A DNA stretch of 64,000 bases, taken from contig NW_003314261.1 of assembly GCF_000143415.4 (NCBI RefSeq), positions 4,315,141 to 4,379,140 of the forward strand, written 5' to 3'. Positions within the stretch are counted from its first letter, which is position 1. Each line of letters opens with the position of its first letter. Below are positions 1-11,989 of the stretch, one piece after another. Made by a program: the position numbers and the translations under genes. The stretch is from Selaginella moellendorffii (lineage: Eukaryota > Plantae > Lycopodiophyta). The notes below the pieces were generated by a model, which ran no database searches, was not told the origin of the DNA, and was given only the letters and a program-made list of their open reading frames with translations.

Positions 1-499
1 CTTGGGCTCCACCTAGACTCGGAGCAACTGAGCCAATATTAAAAGGATGGAAAGAAATTGGACAACGATGACAAGGAGAAGAGAGAGGTGAAGCAGTGGC
101 AGGGGGAGGAGAAGTGATTGAGTAGACATTTTCTTGTTTAAAATAAAATGGCATGTGCCTCAATGCAGTTGAATTTTGTTATATTTATATACTATATAAA
201 GGTTTGGAAACCTTATTTTACAAGTGGGATAATGACAATTCCCACTTTAACGAAATAGAGCTTTAAAGGACATGGCGAGAGCTAAGGCTGGGGGGAGGAT
301 TGGCTTGGGAACGGCGTGACGAGCAAGGGCAATCAAGATCTAAGCACAATAAGGGCTTTGACCTAGTGTGGACTCCAGTAAGCCTCGCCCGGGCTGACGC
401 CCATTTTAGAACCGCTACATTGACCCGTGTCCAAATTTGCAATCTAGCACCATTCCATATTTAGTACGTTTTGAGCTTGTCCCAAAGACTAACTCCTGA

Positions 500-1094
500 T
501 ACTAAGGGAGGCTTGGGGTGAAAGCCCAAAGTGTGTGTTTTTCAAGGGGGGCTTGTGGGGGGTTCCAAATGTATAGTAGGGATAGTGGGTAGGTCGAGCA
601 TGGCCAACTAACCTGAGGCATAGTCTAGCTCCCACTTGCATGCCTGTCCTTGTTCTGCGTTCGGCTTGGGTCTAAGCCCAAGTTTCATTCCATGATAGCT
701 GGTGGAATACCCATGTCCTCACGTTAGGCCACCGGTATGCTGAAATAGCACTAGACTCTGTTTGGCTTCGTTTTGTGTGCTGGTCCTAGCATTCGGATGC
801 TGGTTACTCTAGGACTGTTCCAAGTCTCTCTATGCCCCTATCCCTTTGCTCCTTGGGCTATATGCTTGGGAGTTGTTCCGTGGTTTAGTTCTGTCACTCC
901 TTGGCTCCATACTTGGGAGTTTGGCACTATTCCTTTGTTCAATGGCCCAAGGCCTTAATACTCGGGTTCCACACCACGTTCCTTTGGACACATGGCATCT
1001 GTCATGTGGCACAAAGAGGGTTTAAGTTCCGCTTTGTGGTGTTATCCTATGGTAAATCACCATAGGATAAAGGGTAAAAACCACATGAGCTACA
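500..1094 (+). mobile_element. LTR family C, left copy (left boundary not resolved; ends ...GCTACA at 1094)
   Basis: Carries the LTR core GGGTGAAAGCCCAAAG...TTCCAAATGTATAGTAGGG (516-581) shared with families A and B. About 555-1094 aligns in reverse complement to 15429-15945. Ends in CA. Confidence 0.7.
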
Positions 1095-3619
1095 CCCCCC
1101 TTTAAGAAAGATTGATGTCTTTGTTAATGCATACTCTAGTCCAAACCACCACAAAAAAAAAACTTTAGAAAAACTTTATGGTGTTCACACTTTGTGAGAA
1201 ATGCATCAACTTAAATGAGTTAGGTGGCAATCTCTCTATTTAACGCAAATGTGCTACAACTTAGATGCCTTCTAGTTGTTATCAACAAGAAAATAACTAA
1301 TAGAATTAGCCACCTTTGCAAGGTTGGGGCCTCTGGCTTCTCTCTATATATCACATGTAAGTAGGGGCATATCATCTTTTATAAATTAGATGACACCTAA
1401 AGCATAAGCAAAGAATCCAAACCCATCTGTAAAGTTTAGATAAACTATTATAAACAAGTAGTTAGAGTTGTTTACATAGTTATACCCTTTTTAATGAAAT
1501 AAGGAACATCAAGAAAGAGGTGAGTAATATGACCAGTTGAAATTAGCTATCCCATGACTAAAGATTTCACTATGCACATTAAGTGCTAAAGCCAGTCTAT
1601 CTATATTGGCCAAAACCCAAGATCAAAAGATGGATAATATTAAAGTTATAAACAATGATATCTTAAAGACTTAATTATCAGTAAATAAATTTTTAGATTA
1701 GAACACAAAAGTATTCCAAATAAGTTATTATTAGATAAACCAAAATTATAGTATAGGAACCACCAAGATCATTATAGCTAAAAGTCATAGGATTAACCAT
1801 TCAACAAAATTTATTAACAAATATATCATCAAGAAAACTCAATAATAAAGTTTAACTACCAGATACTATAGATAGCATGCCAAAAAAATTTAAAAAAACA
1901 ACTAAGAAAACATAAAGTATCATTGACAAATAAATGTATCACCCAAAAGAAATAACATTCTAATCTATCAGAATCAACTTAATCAATAATTCATAAAACA
2001 AAATGAATGTTGTAAAGAAAAAAAAACTTATTAAAGTGAATCATCACTTAAAGCTCTTTAGCAACAAAATTAACCAGATTGAAGATACCTTACTTAGTAT
2101 TTGAGACAATCCTTTGAAAATACTCAGCTACAGATAATATATTATTAAGGAATGAATCACTACATTCAAGATTCAATGAAATCCAACATCATGAATTAAA
2201 CACAACCAAATAATATTGATAGAAGTAAAATCTAAAAGTTTATCTAATAAAGCAAGCCCATCATTACTAAATCATCATTAAGTGAAGCAAGTGTCAGTAA
2301 TCCTCAAAAAAATATATAAATAACCACTAATAGCAAAGCAACTAATAATCATTTGTCAACTTACCATCACAAAACCCAAACATTAAACTAATGTCACCAA
2401 GTCATATACTTGTTCAACAAGAAGGTAACACTCCAGGTATAAGATATAAAAATATGGGCAAGTATGAACAAAATGACCATTTGAATCCAATAAAACCACA
2501 ATAAATTTACCAATATGTTTAGCTAATAGCTTGAGCATATCCAAAGAGGCTAGATAACGTGATTAACACTTAGGTGAAACTAAAGTAAAGACTATAAAAC
2601 AGACTTATATAAGCACAACCTCCTAATGGATAAAATTATAATATAGATATTAACACCTTAACCGTAAATAACTAAGTTAAACATCACCATCTCAGCTAAG
2701 GCACAAAGCTATTAAAACCAAATCAAGATTAGTGAAAGCTCATTACTTTCATAGAATTTAACAAAATGCAAGGTGTAATTTACCATCTAATATAATGCTA
2801 TAGAAAAAAGGCAAAATGTCATCTTTTTAGAAAAGTGCAATTGCCATTTTTCTACACCAACTTTAGACTCTATTCAACTTAATTGTTTTAGCCCAAAAAG
2901 TCAATATCTTTTTTAGATCATATCATATAAATTACTTACTAAAGTTGTACAACTAGCTTATAAAACAGAATGGTTTTCGAGCAAAATAATTAATAAATTA
3001 GCCATTAGAAAAATTTAAGAAAATTTATAAATAGTTTTCCATCCTAGAAAAGAATGACTTTAAATCCAGGAGTACAAACTTTCAAGACTCAACTAACTTC
3101 CTCCTACCTATAATTTCACCTAAGTTCACCTTAACATAAATTTTCATGATTTAACAATATGTTTACACATTGAACATCATGCCTATATTTTCAACATCAA
3201 ACATCAATATCTATAAAATACAAATAAATACTTAAGACCCAATCATGAAGACTATATCTTTAGATATCCATATTGCACTAATATTCCAAGATCTAATGTG
3301 AAGCTAAAACATTAACAAGAAAAATGATATGAAAAAGCAAACTCTAAGGAAAAACACCTTATCACTCAAAACAATAATGTCACTTCCACTAACACAAGTG
3401 CTAGTAATGTCAATACATTAACTTCATACCTTCTCCATCCAACAATCTACTTCAAGTGCTAATAGGTTTATAGCAAATAAATGTTATAACTTTTTCCAAC
3501 ACTTTAATGGGCAACTTCTCAAGAACCAATATATCAATTCAAGCTTAGCATAAAAGACCACTATTGAGAACTAAGTCAAAGCTACTTTAATGTTACTACT
3601 TTATAAGTAAACTAGCTTT
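1095..3619 (-). mobile_element. Heavily decayed Gypsy internal region (pol 3' part) with PPT at 1095-1103
   Basis: Minus strand reads AAGACATCAATCTTTCTTAAAGGGGGG|TG, a typical Gypsy PPT-LTR junction. The sequence is AT-rich and stop-riddled, with only faint RNaseH/integrase-like remnants. Confidence 0.5.
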
Positions 3620-5319
3620 TGTGAGACACAAAATCCCTAGACCCCAAAGTGTGCCGGAAGGGTGCCACGAGGTAGTGGCCGAAGCAAAAGCCAAACAAAC
3701 ATAACACGTTTGGACCAAAAGCTTCGACTTGAAAGGTCGAGAGCGGGAGCGGAACTCCCAACAAAAGTGCTCGAGGAACAAGCATGAAGTGAGCAATAAG
3801 CAAGGCCCCAAAAAGGGACCTAAAAGGACCAATATATGACACATGGAAGTGTCCGAGATGGACCTTAGATGGAGTCCAAGATGGACCCAAGATGGAGTCC
3901 GAGATGGACCCGAGATGGAGTCCGAGATGGAGTCTGAGATGGACCCGAGATGGACCCGAGATGGAGTCCGAGATGGAGTCTAAGATGGATTCCGAGATGG
4001 ACCCGAGATGGAATCCGAGATGGAGTCTGAAGTTGAGACTGAGACCGAGACCAAGACCGGGACCGAGACCGAGACTGAGATACGGACCGAGACCGAGATG
4101 CGGACCGAGACCGAGACCGAGCCCGAGCCCGAGGCCAAGTCCGAGTCCAAGTCCGAGTCCCAATCCCAGTCCGAGTCCGAGTCCAAGTCCGAGTCTGAGT
4201 TCAAGTCTGAGAGGGTGAAATGCTAAAGCATTCATCTCCCAGACCCTAGAGGGTTTGGTGAGCTCCAAAAGTATAGAAGGGGGAGGACTCCAATGGAGCT
4301 AGTTTGGCCAGGAAAGGCCAGTTTGGCCCAGGAAGGCCGTGCCCAAGTGTTGGGTGACGGGATAACCACTGGGAGGTCCAAGACTAGAATGAATACGGAC
4401 TGTTGGCTCTTCAAAGCCGACCTCAAGCGGCTCGAGAAGACTCTCGCGCTTCCTCCTGGATCATGCCAACTTTCGGTGCCGATAACGGGTACGTCACGTT
4501 ACGTAGAGCCCTCCTGTTTTTAGCCATTCTTTCCAGAATTTTGTCATGTCAATCGTCCCGGGGGAACTAGAGCCGTCTCTTGAACACTTCACCAAGCTAC
4601 CCCGCTTGTACTTACTTGGATACCTGGTGTGGCTCAACGAAACCTCGCTCTAAGCCCATGGCTAGAGCACCAAAAGGTAGAAGGTGGGGAGAGTACCCAT
4701 GAGGCTTGCGTAAGGCCCCAGTGTTCCAAAATATTGTCCCAAAGTCCCAGACTATGGAAAGGAAGAGGAGTGGCCCTCTGGTGTAGTGACCAATGGTACA
4801 GTCATGTGGTGAGGAAGTCCTAGAGGACAGTGGGAGTTAGTGGTCGGGCCTACGAGCCTTGTCCCAGTGGCAGTATGGGCAAACACGGCCATGGACAGAA
4901 AAGGGATTTGGTGGGGACTGCAAAAGGGATATTGGGGAAGGCTGTTCTTTATGTCTGCAGGCATTTTAAGGATGCTAAGGAGTGGATCTTGGATGGTCAC
5001 TCTTGGATGGATAGCCCATTCTTTGAAAGATGGGACTGTGATGTAGGTCATATTGGATCACCGGTGTGACCAAGGTGAAGGGGCATAGCCTTAATGTAAC
5101 GAGCTAATATGTCGGTGGTACCTTGGGGTGTTGGTCATGGGATCAGACATGTGAAGCACTTGGACCAAGTGCAAAGGTTGAGTGGCATGAATGCCATTCT
5201 TGGGGCTAGTAAGCCCCAAGTCCTGAATGGGACTTATGGAGGTTGTGAATGAGACTCCTCCAAGTGGTCGGAAGTGCGATTAAGTGACTAAAGTAGAATG
5301 GAAAAATTAGTCACTTACA
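3620..5319 (+). mobile_element. 5' LTR of family A Gypsy element
   Basis: Starts TGTGAGACAC and ends CACTTACA, followed by PBS TGGTATTAGAGC (5323-5334, initiator tRNA-Met type). Homologous to 6770-8168 and 61328-63041. Confidence 0.9.
3851..4211 (+). repeat. Hexamer/12-mer tandem array (GAGATGGAGTCC, CCGAGA, CCGAGT) inside LTR A
   Basis: Directly visible. Equivalent arrays at 7001-7192, 9255-9482, 10511-10672(-), 11197-11483(-) and 61526-61987. Confidence 0.95.
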
Positions 5320-8300
5320 ACTTGGTATTAGAGCTGTTCCTTAGTCTGACTTTTATTGGTGCTCAAGTATATCACCATTGATATTGGCATCGGAAGGTCT
5401 TAGGAGTGAACTTATCCTTGAGGAGTAACATGTCGAGAGGACATGGCTCTCTACTCAAGTTTATGCATGAACTTGGGCGCGATGTGGTGGATAGAAAAGG
5501 GGCCAGTAAGGGAATGACTTCGGGATCTTGGAAACAGTGTAAGGTTTTCCTCATTGAGTTGAGGATGTGATCCAGATGAGCATTTGGCACAGCAAATGGG
5601 CTAATGTAGTTGTGGTAAACAATTATAGTTGGGATCACGGGAAAGATGCAAACCCCAAAAGGAGTCACAAGATGCAAACTCCAAAACAATAAAGGAGTCA
5701 CAAGATTACCCTCATATAGTTGGGGCTAGTGCTCATAAATTTGAGACCGATATTGATGACTATGGGCGGCTAAATACAGAAGAGGACACAAATCCTTGAA
5801 ATGGTAGCTAGGGCTACCTCTAATAAATGCTGGAACAACCCAAGGAATTGGGGGTGTACTCAGAGGATGAGTTGGTATTCTCATCACATGGACAAGTGGT
5901 CCTAAGGGGCAAAAGGTTACCCCAAGAGAACAAATCAAGTGTCGAAGTAACATTTGCAAAGATGGTCCTTATGAGTAGGACTTGAATACAAGAAGTTGTA
6001 TTCTAGTGAGCTGGCACCTCAAAGGTAGGACTTAACAGGTTGTCGGATGACAAAGTCCAAAAAACCTAAATGACTCAAATAGAGTCAAGGAATAATCATA
6101 AAGGATTAATGGAAGCATTTGGACTGAGGTGTGTTATACCCCACGAAGGATGGGGGGGATCATAGGATCCAAGTATGAGAACAGAGGGTATCTCATCGAA
6201 GGCAGAATGTGCCATGCTAAAGTCGTGGGTAAAGTGTTTCCCAAAAGAAAGCAACTTTGGCATAGAGTTGTGTGTGAACACTATGGTGCAATGCTAACTG
6301 ATAGTTGGCATGAGAGATGACTGCTTTGGTGTTGGCAAAGACCCTGACATAAGTGGCGAGTGGGTTTATGAGAACCCCTTCCTAGAGGAATCCTAATGGA
6401 AATGGGAATGGCATGGCCTAAGCTGAAAGGCATGCAATTGGAGTGTGGTGCCCAGATAATGATGGAGGTGTGGAAGCACTAAGCAATGAGTTGTAGGATT
6501 TGACAACTATGGGGCAACTAAGCAAGAGGTGCAAGGTAATTGGTTAAACGAGTAGAAGGTAGCTACCCAAAACTTCTTAATGGTATAAAGAAGTTAAATA
6601 TACCCTTATGGGGGGATAAATTGCTTATGTGCCGATGTAGTAAGTCAATGTCGTAAAAGGGAATGCTCATTGTCAAAGAAGCCATCATTGGGACACCTAA
6701 ACACTCTAGAACACCAGGAGTTAGTGTTTGATGTCACAAGGGCAATAGATAATGCCCAAGGGACTAAGTTGTGAGACACAAAATCCCTAGGCCCCAAAGT
6801 GGAGCCAGAAGGGTGCCACATGGTAGTGGCTGAAGCGAAAGCCAAACGAGTGTAACATGTTTGGACTAAAAGCTCCGACTTGAAAGGTCAAGAGCGGGAG
6901 TGGAACTCCCAACAAAGGGCTCGAGGAACAAGCACGAAGCGAGCAATAAGCGAGACTCCAAAAAGGGACCCAAAAGGACCAACACATAACATGTGGAAGT
7001 GTCCGAGATGGAGTCCAAGATGGAGTCCGAGAAGGACCCGAGATGGAGTCTGAGGTCAAGACCGAGACTAAGACCGAGACCGGGACCGGGACCGAGACCG
7101 AGACCGAGACCAAGGCCGAGGCCGAGACCGAGCCCGAGCTCGAGTCCGAGTCCGAGTCCAAGTCCAAGTCCGAGTCCGAGTCCGAGTCTGAGAGGGTGAA
7201 AGCCCAAAGTGTTCGTCTCCCAGACCCTAGGGGGTTTGGTGAGCTCTAAAAGTATAGTAAGGGGGAGGACTACAGTGGAGCCAGTTTGGCCTAGGAAGGC
7301 CGGACCCAGTGTTGGGTGATGAGCTGCCCACTGGGAAGTCCAAGACTAGAGTGAACACGGACCAACAAGCAGGGTAACTTGGTGAAGTGTTCAAGAGCCG
7401 GCTCTAGTTCCCCCGGGAGATCGACTGGCCAATGCTCCCAGTCCAAGTGTGGGTGGCATTACCTACTTGGATACCTGGTGTGGCTCAACGGAACCTCACT
7501 CTAAACCCATGGCTAGAGCACCCAAAGGCAGAAGGCGAGGAGAGTACCCACGAGGCCCGCATAGGGCCACGGTATTCCAAAATGTTGCCCCAAAGTTCCA
7601 GACTATGGAAAGGAAGAGGAGTAGCCCTCTAGTGTGGTGACAAGGGACACAGTCACACAGTGAGGAAGTCCTAGAGGACAGTTGGACTTAGTGGTCGGGC
7701 CTGTGGGCCTTGATCCAGTGGCAATGTTGGTGAACACGGCCATGGACAGGAAGGGACTTGGTGGGGACCGGAAAGGAGACATTGGGGAAGGTTATTCCCC
7801 ATTTCTGTAGGCATCCTGAGAATGTTATAGAGTGGATCTGGGATAGCCACTCATGGATGGATGGCCTAGTCTTTGAGAGACGGGATTGTAATGTAGGTGG
7901 TGTTGGACCACCGATGTGACCAAGGTGAATGGGCATGGCCTAGCATAACGGGCTGATATGTCAATGGTACCTTGGCATGTCGGTCATGGGATCAAACACG
8001 TGAAGCACTTGGACCAAGTGCAAAAGTTGAGTGGTGTGGATGCCATTCACGGGGCTAGCAAGCCCCAAGTTCTGAATGGGATTTATGGATTTTGTGAATG
8101 AGACTCCTCCAAATGGTCAGAGGTGCGGTTAAGTGACTAAAGTAGAATGGAAAAATTAGTCACTTATATAAGTCCCTAGCGAATGATGGATAGAAAATGC
8201 TATCCAAATGTCCAAGGTTATGAAGATAGGAGAAGTCCATCTACCCAAATTGAACAAAGCCCAAAATGAAATTTTAGCAAGGCTAGTGATGGGCATATAA

Positions 8301-9175
8301 AGGCTCATATGTAACAACATTAATCCTAGTGTGTGGGATTATAAGGTGAGCATACCCGGATTAAGAAACCACTCCCTAGGCTATCGGGTAGGTTCATCCC
8401 CAAGAATATTTACCAAGGCATGGTAGAAAGTGCAAAACTATCCTCCTAGTTTGGAAGCGAATAACAAAAGGAAATATGTGAAGCCAAAAGTAAGTAGTAA
8501 GGGGATAGAACCAAACCATAAGAATTGAAGAGCATAACCAAGGGTGGTTGTGTTAGTTGGGAGTGGAGAATCAAGTGGGCGCTCAAGCATATTATTACTA
8601 GCAACTGTGGTGCCATGAAAAGTCTAAAACATAGAATTATCCATGCTAAACCATATGGCAATTAAAAAGCTTGTGAAGGGAGAGGCCTTAGCAAGCTAAG
8701 AAACAAAGTTCCTTCAAGGTTTCCAAAAACAATTCTATGTAGTATAGTACCTAGAGAGCCAAGTGTAAATGGTTTATAACACGCGCGAGATTAGAGTGGC
8801 ACAGCAAAAGCGTGGTCTTAAAGCTTGCCATAAGGCAATGCTATCAAGGTTGGGGAAGTAGTTCCCAAGTGTTTAAAGGGATGACTTTGAACGAAAGTCG
8901 ATGGTCAAGGACTTTCACACTTATGCATGAAACCATGTTACATTAGTCAGATGACTTGCTAAACAAAAGTGGCAAGTCAGGGGAATGAAGCCCCTAGTTG
9001 AAGGTGCTAATTTCAAAAGGGGTGGCCCATGGGGCTGAGCATGGAAAAGTTCATGCATGATCATAGACTTGTCAAGTGAGAGGACTTAGCAATTTGGAGG
9101 GACTAGGTTCCTAAGCTATGATCTGTAGCACGCTTTGAGTATAAATTGGTGCACCGGCATAGGGAGTCACGCCAC
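5320..9175 (+). mobile_element. Degenerate internal region (gag-pol relic) of family A element, interrupted by a solo LTR and cut off by LTR B
   Basis: Follows the PBS. 5320-6280 is collinear with 63042-63980. No intact ORF. Confidence 0.7.
6770..8168 (+). mobile_element. Solo LTR of family A with 5-bp target site duplication TAAGT
   Basis: TAAGT (6765-6769) | TGTGAG...CACTTATA | TAAGT (8169-8173). No PPT before it and no PBS after it. Confidence 0.9.
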
Positions 9176-10276
9176 TATAAGGAAGAAACTCCCCGAGGTG
9201 TTGTAGGCTAAAAGATCCCCAAAAGCATGACCAAAATGACAAAGAGTTCATTGGATGGGACCGAGTCGAAGATCAAGTCCAAGACCGACTCTGAGACCAA
9301 GTTCGAGATGGAGTCCGGGATCAAGTCCGAAGCCGAATCGGAGACCAAGTTCAAGACCAAGTTTGAGACCAAGTTTGAGATAGAGTCCGAGATCCAAATT
9401 GGGTCCGAGATCGAGTCCGAGGTTAAGTCCGAAGTCAAGTTCGAGATCAGGTCCTAGATCGAGTCCGAGACCGAGTCCGAGTACTAATATGGGTGTCAAG
9501 GGGTGAAAGCCCAAAGCGTGTGTCTCCCGGGGGAGGGGGGGCTGCAGGGGGTTCCAAAAGTATAGTAGGGATAGTGAGGTTCAGGAACCAGCCTTGAAGG
9601 AACTCTCCAGTGGTGCTTCCAAACTGACTTGAGGTTGAGACTGGGGCTGAAGGGCCTTGAGTGGGAGTGAGCATGGGCTTGGGTGGTGCCGGAGGGGCCA
9701 CCTAGGGAAGTGCTCAAGAGCAGCTCCCACTCCCGAAAGGGAAACCGACTGCGGTGCTCCCGGCTCACGTGGAGTGGTGCCCCACTTGAGTACCTTGTGG
9801 TTCATTAGTCCTCGCCCTTCCTAGGGGCTTGGGCCTTCCCTTCGGGATGGAAGTGGGGGGGTAGAGGTACCTATACTAGGCCGTTAGGCCACGGTGTTTC
9901 GCCCCGATGTCCCGAAGCAAGTGTTACACCCAAGGCTTGGGATTTAGAGGGTCCCATGATCAAGTCTTGTTGTACCAAGGGGTGTTAGGAACCTGGAGGC
10001 TTGATGTGCTTGACTGCTTGTGCCTGCGGGGAGTGTAGCCGAACCTTAAGTCCAATCTAACCTGGGGAGGGGGATTGGGAGGGATTTGGGAATTCGTGGA
10101 TGGAAGGCTAACTCTCCGTTGCTCGTGCAGTGAGTAGCTGAAACCAAGTAGGACCAAGTAGGAGCTGGTACAATAGGCAAAAACCTTGGCGAGGGAACTT
10201 AGCGCAAGCCAAGGCAGTGTTGGTTGGGTAGACGAGGTAAGCTGGCAAATTGGAAAGGAAAAATTTATGGCTTACA
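9176..10276 (+). mobile_element. 5' LTR of family B
   Basis: Starts TATAAGG (TG decayed to TA; compare the TGTAAGG copy at 11563) and ends CTTACA, followed by PBS TGGTATCGGAGC (10280-10291). Confidence 0.85.
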
Positions 10277-10509
10277 ATTTGGTATCGGAGCGTAAATCTC
10301 TATCAATGGGGTGTGGCATTTATATTATATTTTATCAAATTGAGTTAGCCCTTGATACTCACTTAAACCTTTGTATTAGTGACATAGGCATTACTCATAG
10401 TATTGTATAATTAATGATCAAGTTATTATGATTTCCATAGTATATTCCCATGATTGTGAATAATGTGTTTACAAAGTTTCTTAGTTAAACAATGATCAAC
10501 CCAAAGTGG

Positions 10510-10904
10510 GCATCCATCTCGGACTCTGTCTCGGTCCATCTCGGACTCCTTCTTGGTCCATCTCAGACTCCATCTCGGTCCATCTCGGACTCCATCTCAG
10601 GTCCATCTCAGACTCCATCTTGGACTCCTTCTCAGACTCCATCTCAGGTCCATCTTAGACCCCATCTCAGGCACTCCCACGTGTCATGTGTTCATCCCTT
10701 TGGGTCCCTTTTTTAGAGCCTCGCTTATTGCTTGCTTCGTGCTCATTCCTTGAGCATTTTGTTGGGAGTTCCACGCTCACTCTCGACCTATCAAGTCGGA
10801 GCTTTTAGTCCAAACGTGTTACGCTCGTTTGGCTTTTGCTTCGGCCACTACCACATGGCACCCTTCCGGCTCCACATTGGGGCCTAGGGATTTTGTGTCT
10901 CACA
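10510..10904 (-). mobile_element. Truncated family A LTR inserted into the family B 3' LTR
   Basis: Reverse complement of TGTGAGACACAAAATCCCTAGG ends at 10904 and directly abuts the interrupted LTR B sequence. Confidence 0.85.
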
Positions 10905-11563
10905 CACTCCACATGAGTCGGAAGCACTGCAATTGGTTTCCCTCTCGGGAGTGGGAGCTGCTCTTGAGCACTTCCCTGGGTGTCCCCTCCGGCACCACCC
11001 AAGCCCATGCTCACTCCCACCCAAGGCCCCTCGGCCCCAGTCTCAACCTCAAGTCAGTTTAGAAGCACCACTGGAGAGTTCCTTCAAGACTGGTTCCTGG
11101 ACCTCACTATCCCTACTATACTTTTGGAACCCCCTACAGCCCCTCCCCCCCCGGGAGACGCACGCTTTGGGCTTTCACCCCTTGACCCGTATTAGTACTC
11201 GGAGTCGGTCTCAAACTCGATCTCGGACTTGATCTCGGACCCGACTTCGGACTCGGTCTCGGACTTGATCTCGGGATGATCTCGGACTTGACTTGGGACT
11301 CGACCTCGGACTTGGTTTCGGACCCGATTTGGATCTCGGACTCTGTTCGCAAGCTCGGTCTCAAACTCGGTCTTGAACTCGGTCTCGAACTCGGTCTCTG
11401 ATTTGGCCTTGGACTCGATCCTGGACTCCATCTTGAACTCGGTCTTAGAGTCGGTCTTGGACTCGATCTTCGACTCGGTCCCATCCAATGAACTCTTTGT
11501 CATTTTGTTCATGCTTTCGGGGATCCTTTAGCCTACAACACCTTGGGGAGTTGGTTCCTTACA
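10905..11563 (-). mobile_element. 3' LTR (partial) of family B chromovirus
   Basis: Reverse complement of 9176-9777. Begins TGTAAGGAACC at 11563, preceded by PPT GGGAGGTGGAGT (11564-11575). Confidence 0.88.
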
Positions 11564-11989
11564 ACTCCACCTCCCATAGAAAAAGTTTGATGCCCTCATC
11601 GAACATCTCTTTTTATCTTACGACTTGTTGACCATGTCTCCGAGGGCATCCCCCCACTTAGCGGTGTGCCTAAGTTAGCCTCCCTGGCCAAGAGCCCATG
11701 ACAACAGAATATAGATGTCCCTATACCCCTCACCTCACCACGCCCTAGTATGGTGGGTCGGGACTTGAACCTAGCCTTGCTTTACTAAGGGGTTGGGACT
11801 CGAATCCAACCTCTGTAGAATACGTCTATAGATTTGACATCCCTGCGGGGAGTCGAGCGTAGTGCCCTACATTGAGTCGACCTAGCTAACCTATGCTAAT
11901 TAGCTTACCTTCGGCACGCCTTCGGGTCCCAACATATGCCACTGCTCAACTTTGCAAATTGATACTTTAATTGAACTTTGCATAAGTAC

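Noticed and set aside
3612-4268. (LG)n, (SP)n/(RP)n and (ES)n ORFs resembling extensins (also near 7.0, 9.3, 11.3 and 61.4-62.1 kb)
   Set aside because: Translation artefacts of stop-free hexamer arrays inside LTRs; open in several frames at once.
3620-8168. Apparent complete short LTR element (LARD/TRIM-like)
   Set aside because: The second LTR has its own TSD and no PPT, so it is a nested solo LTR.
3620-11563. Hammerhead ribozyme (retrozyme) in LTRs
   Set aside because: No CTGANGA...GAAA core with flanking stems found by eye; GTGATGAG near 7316 lacks the rest.
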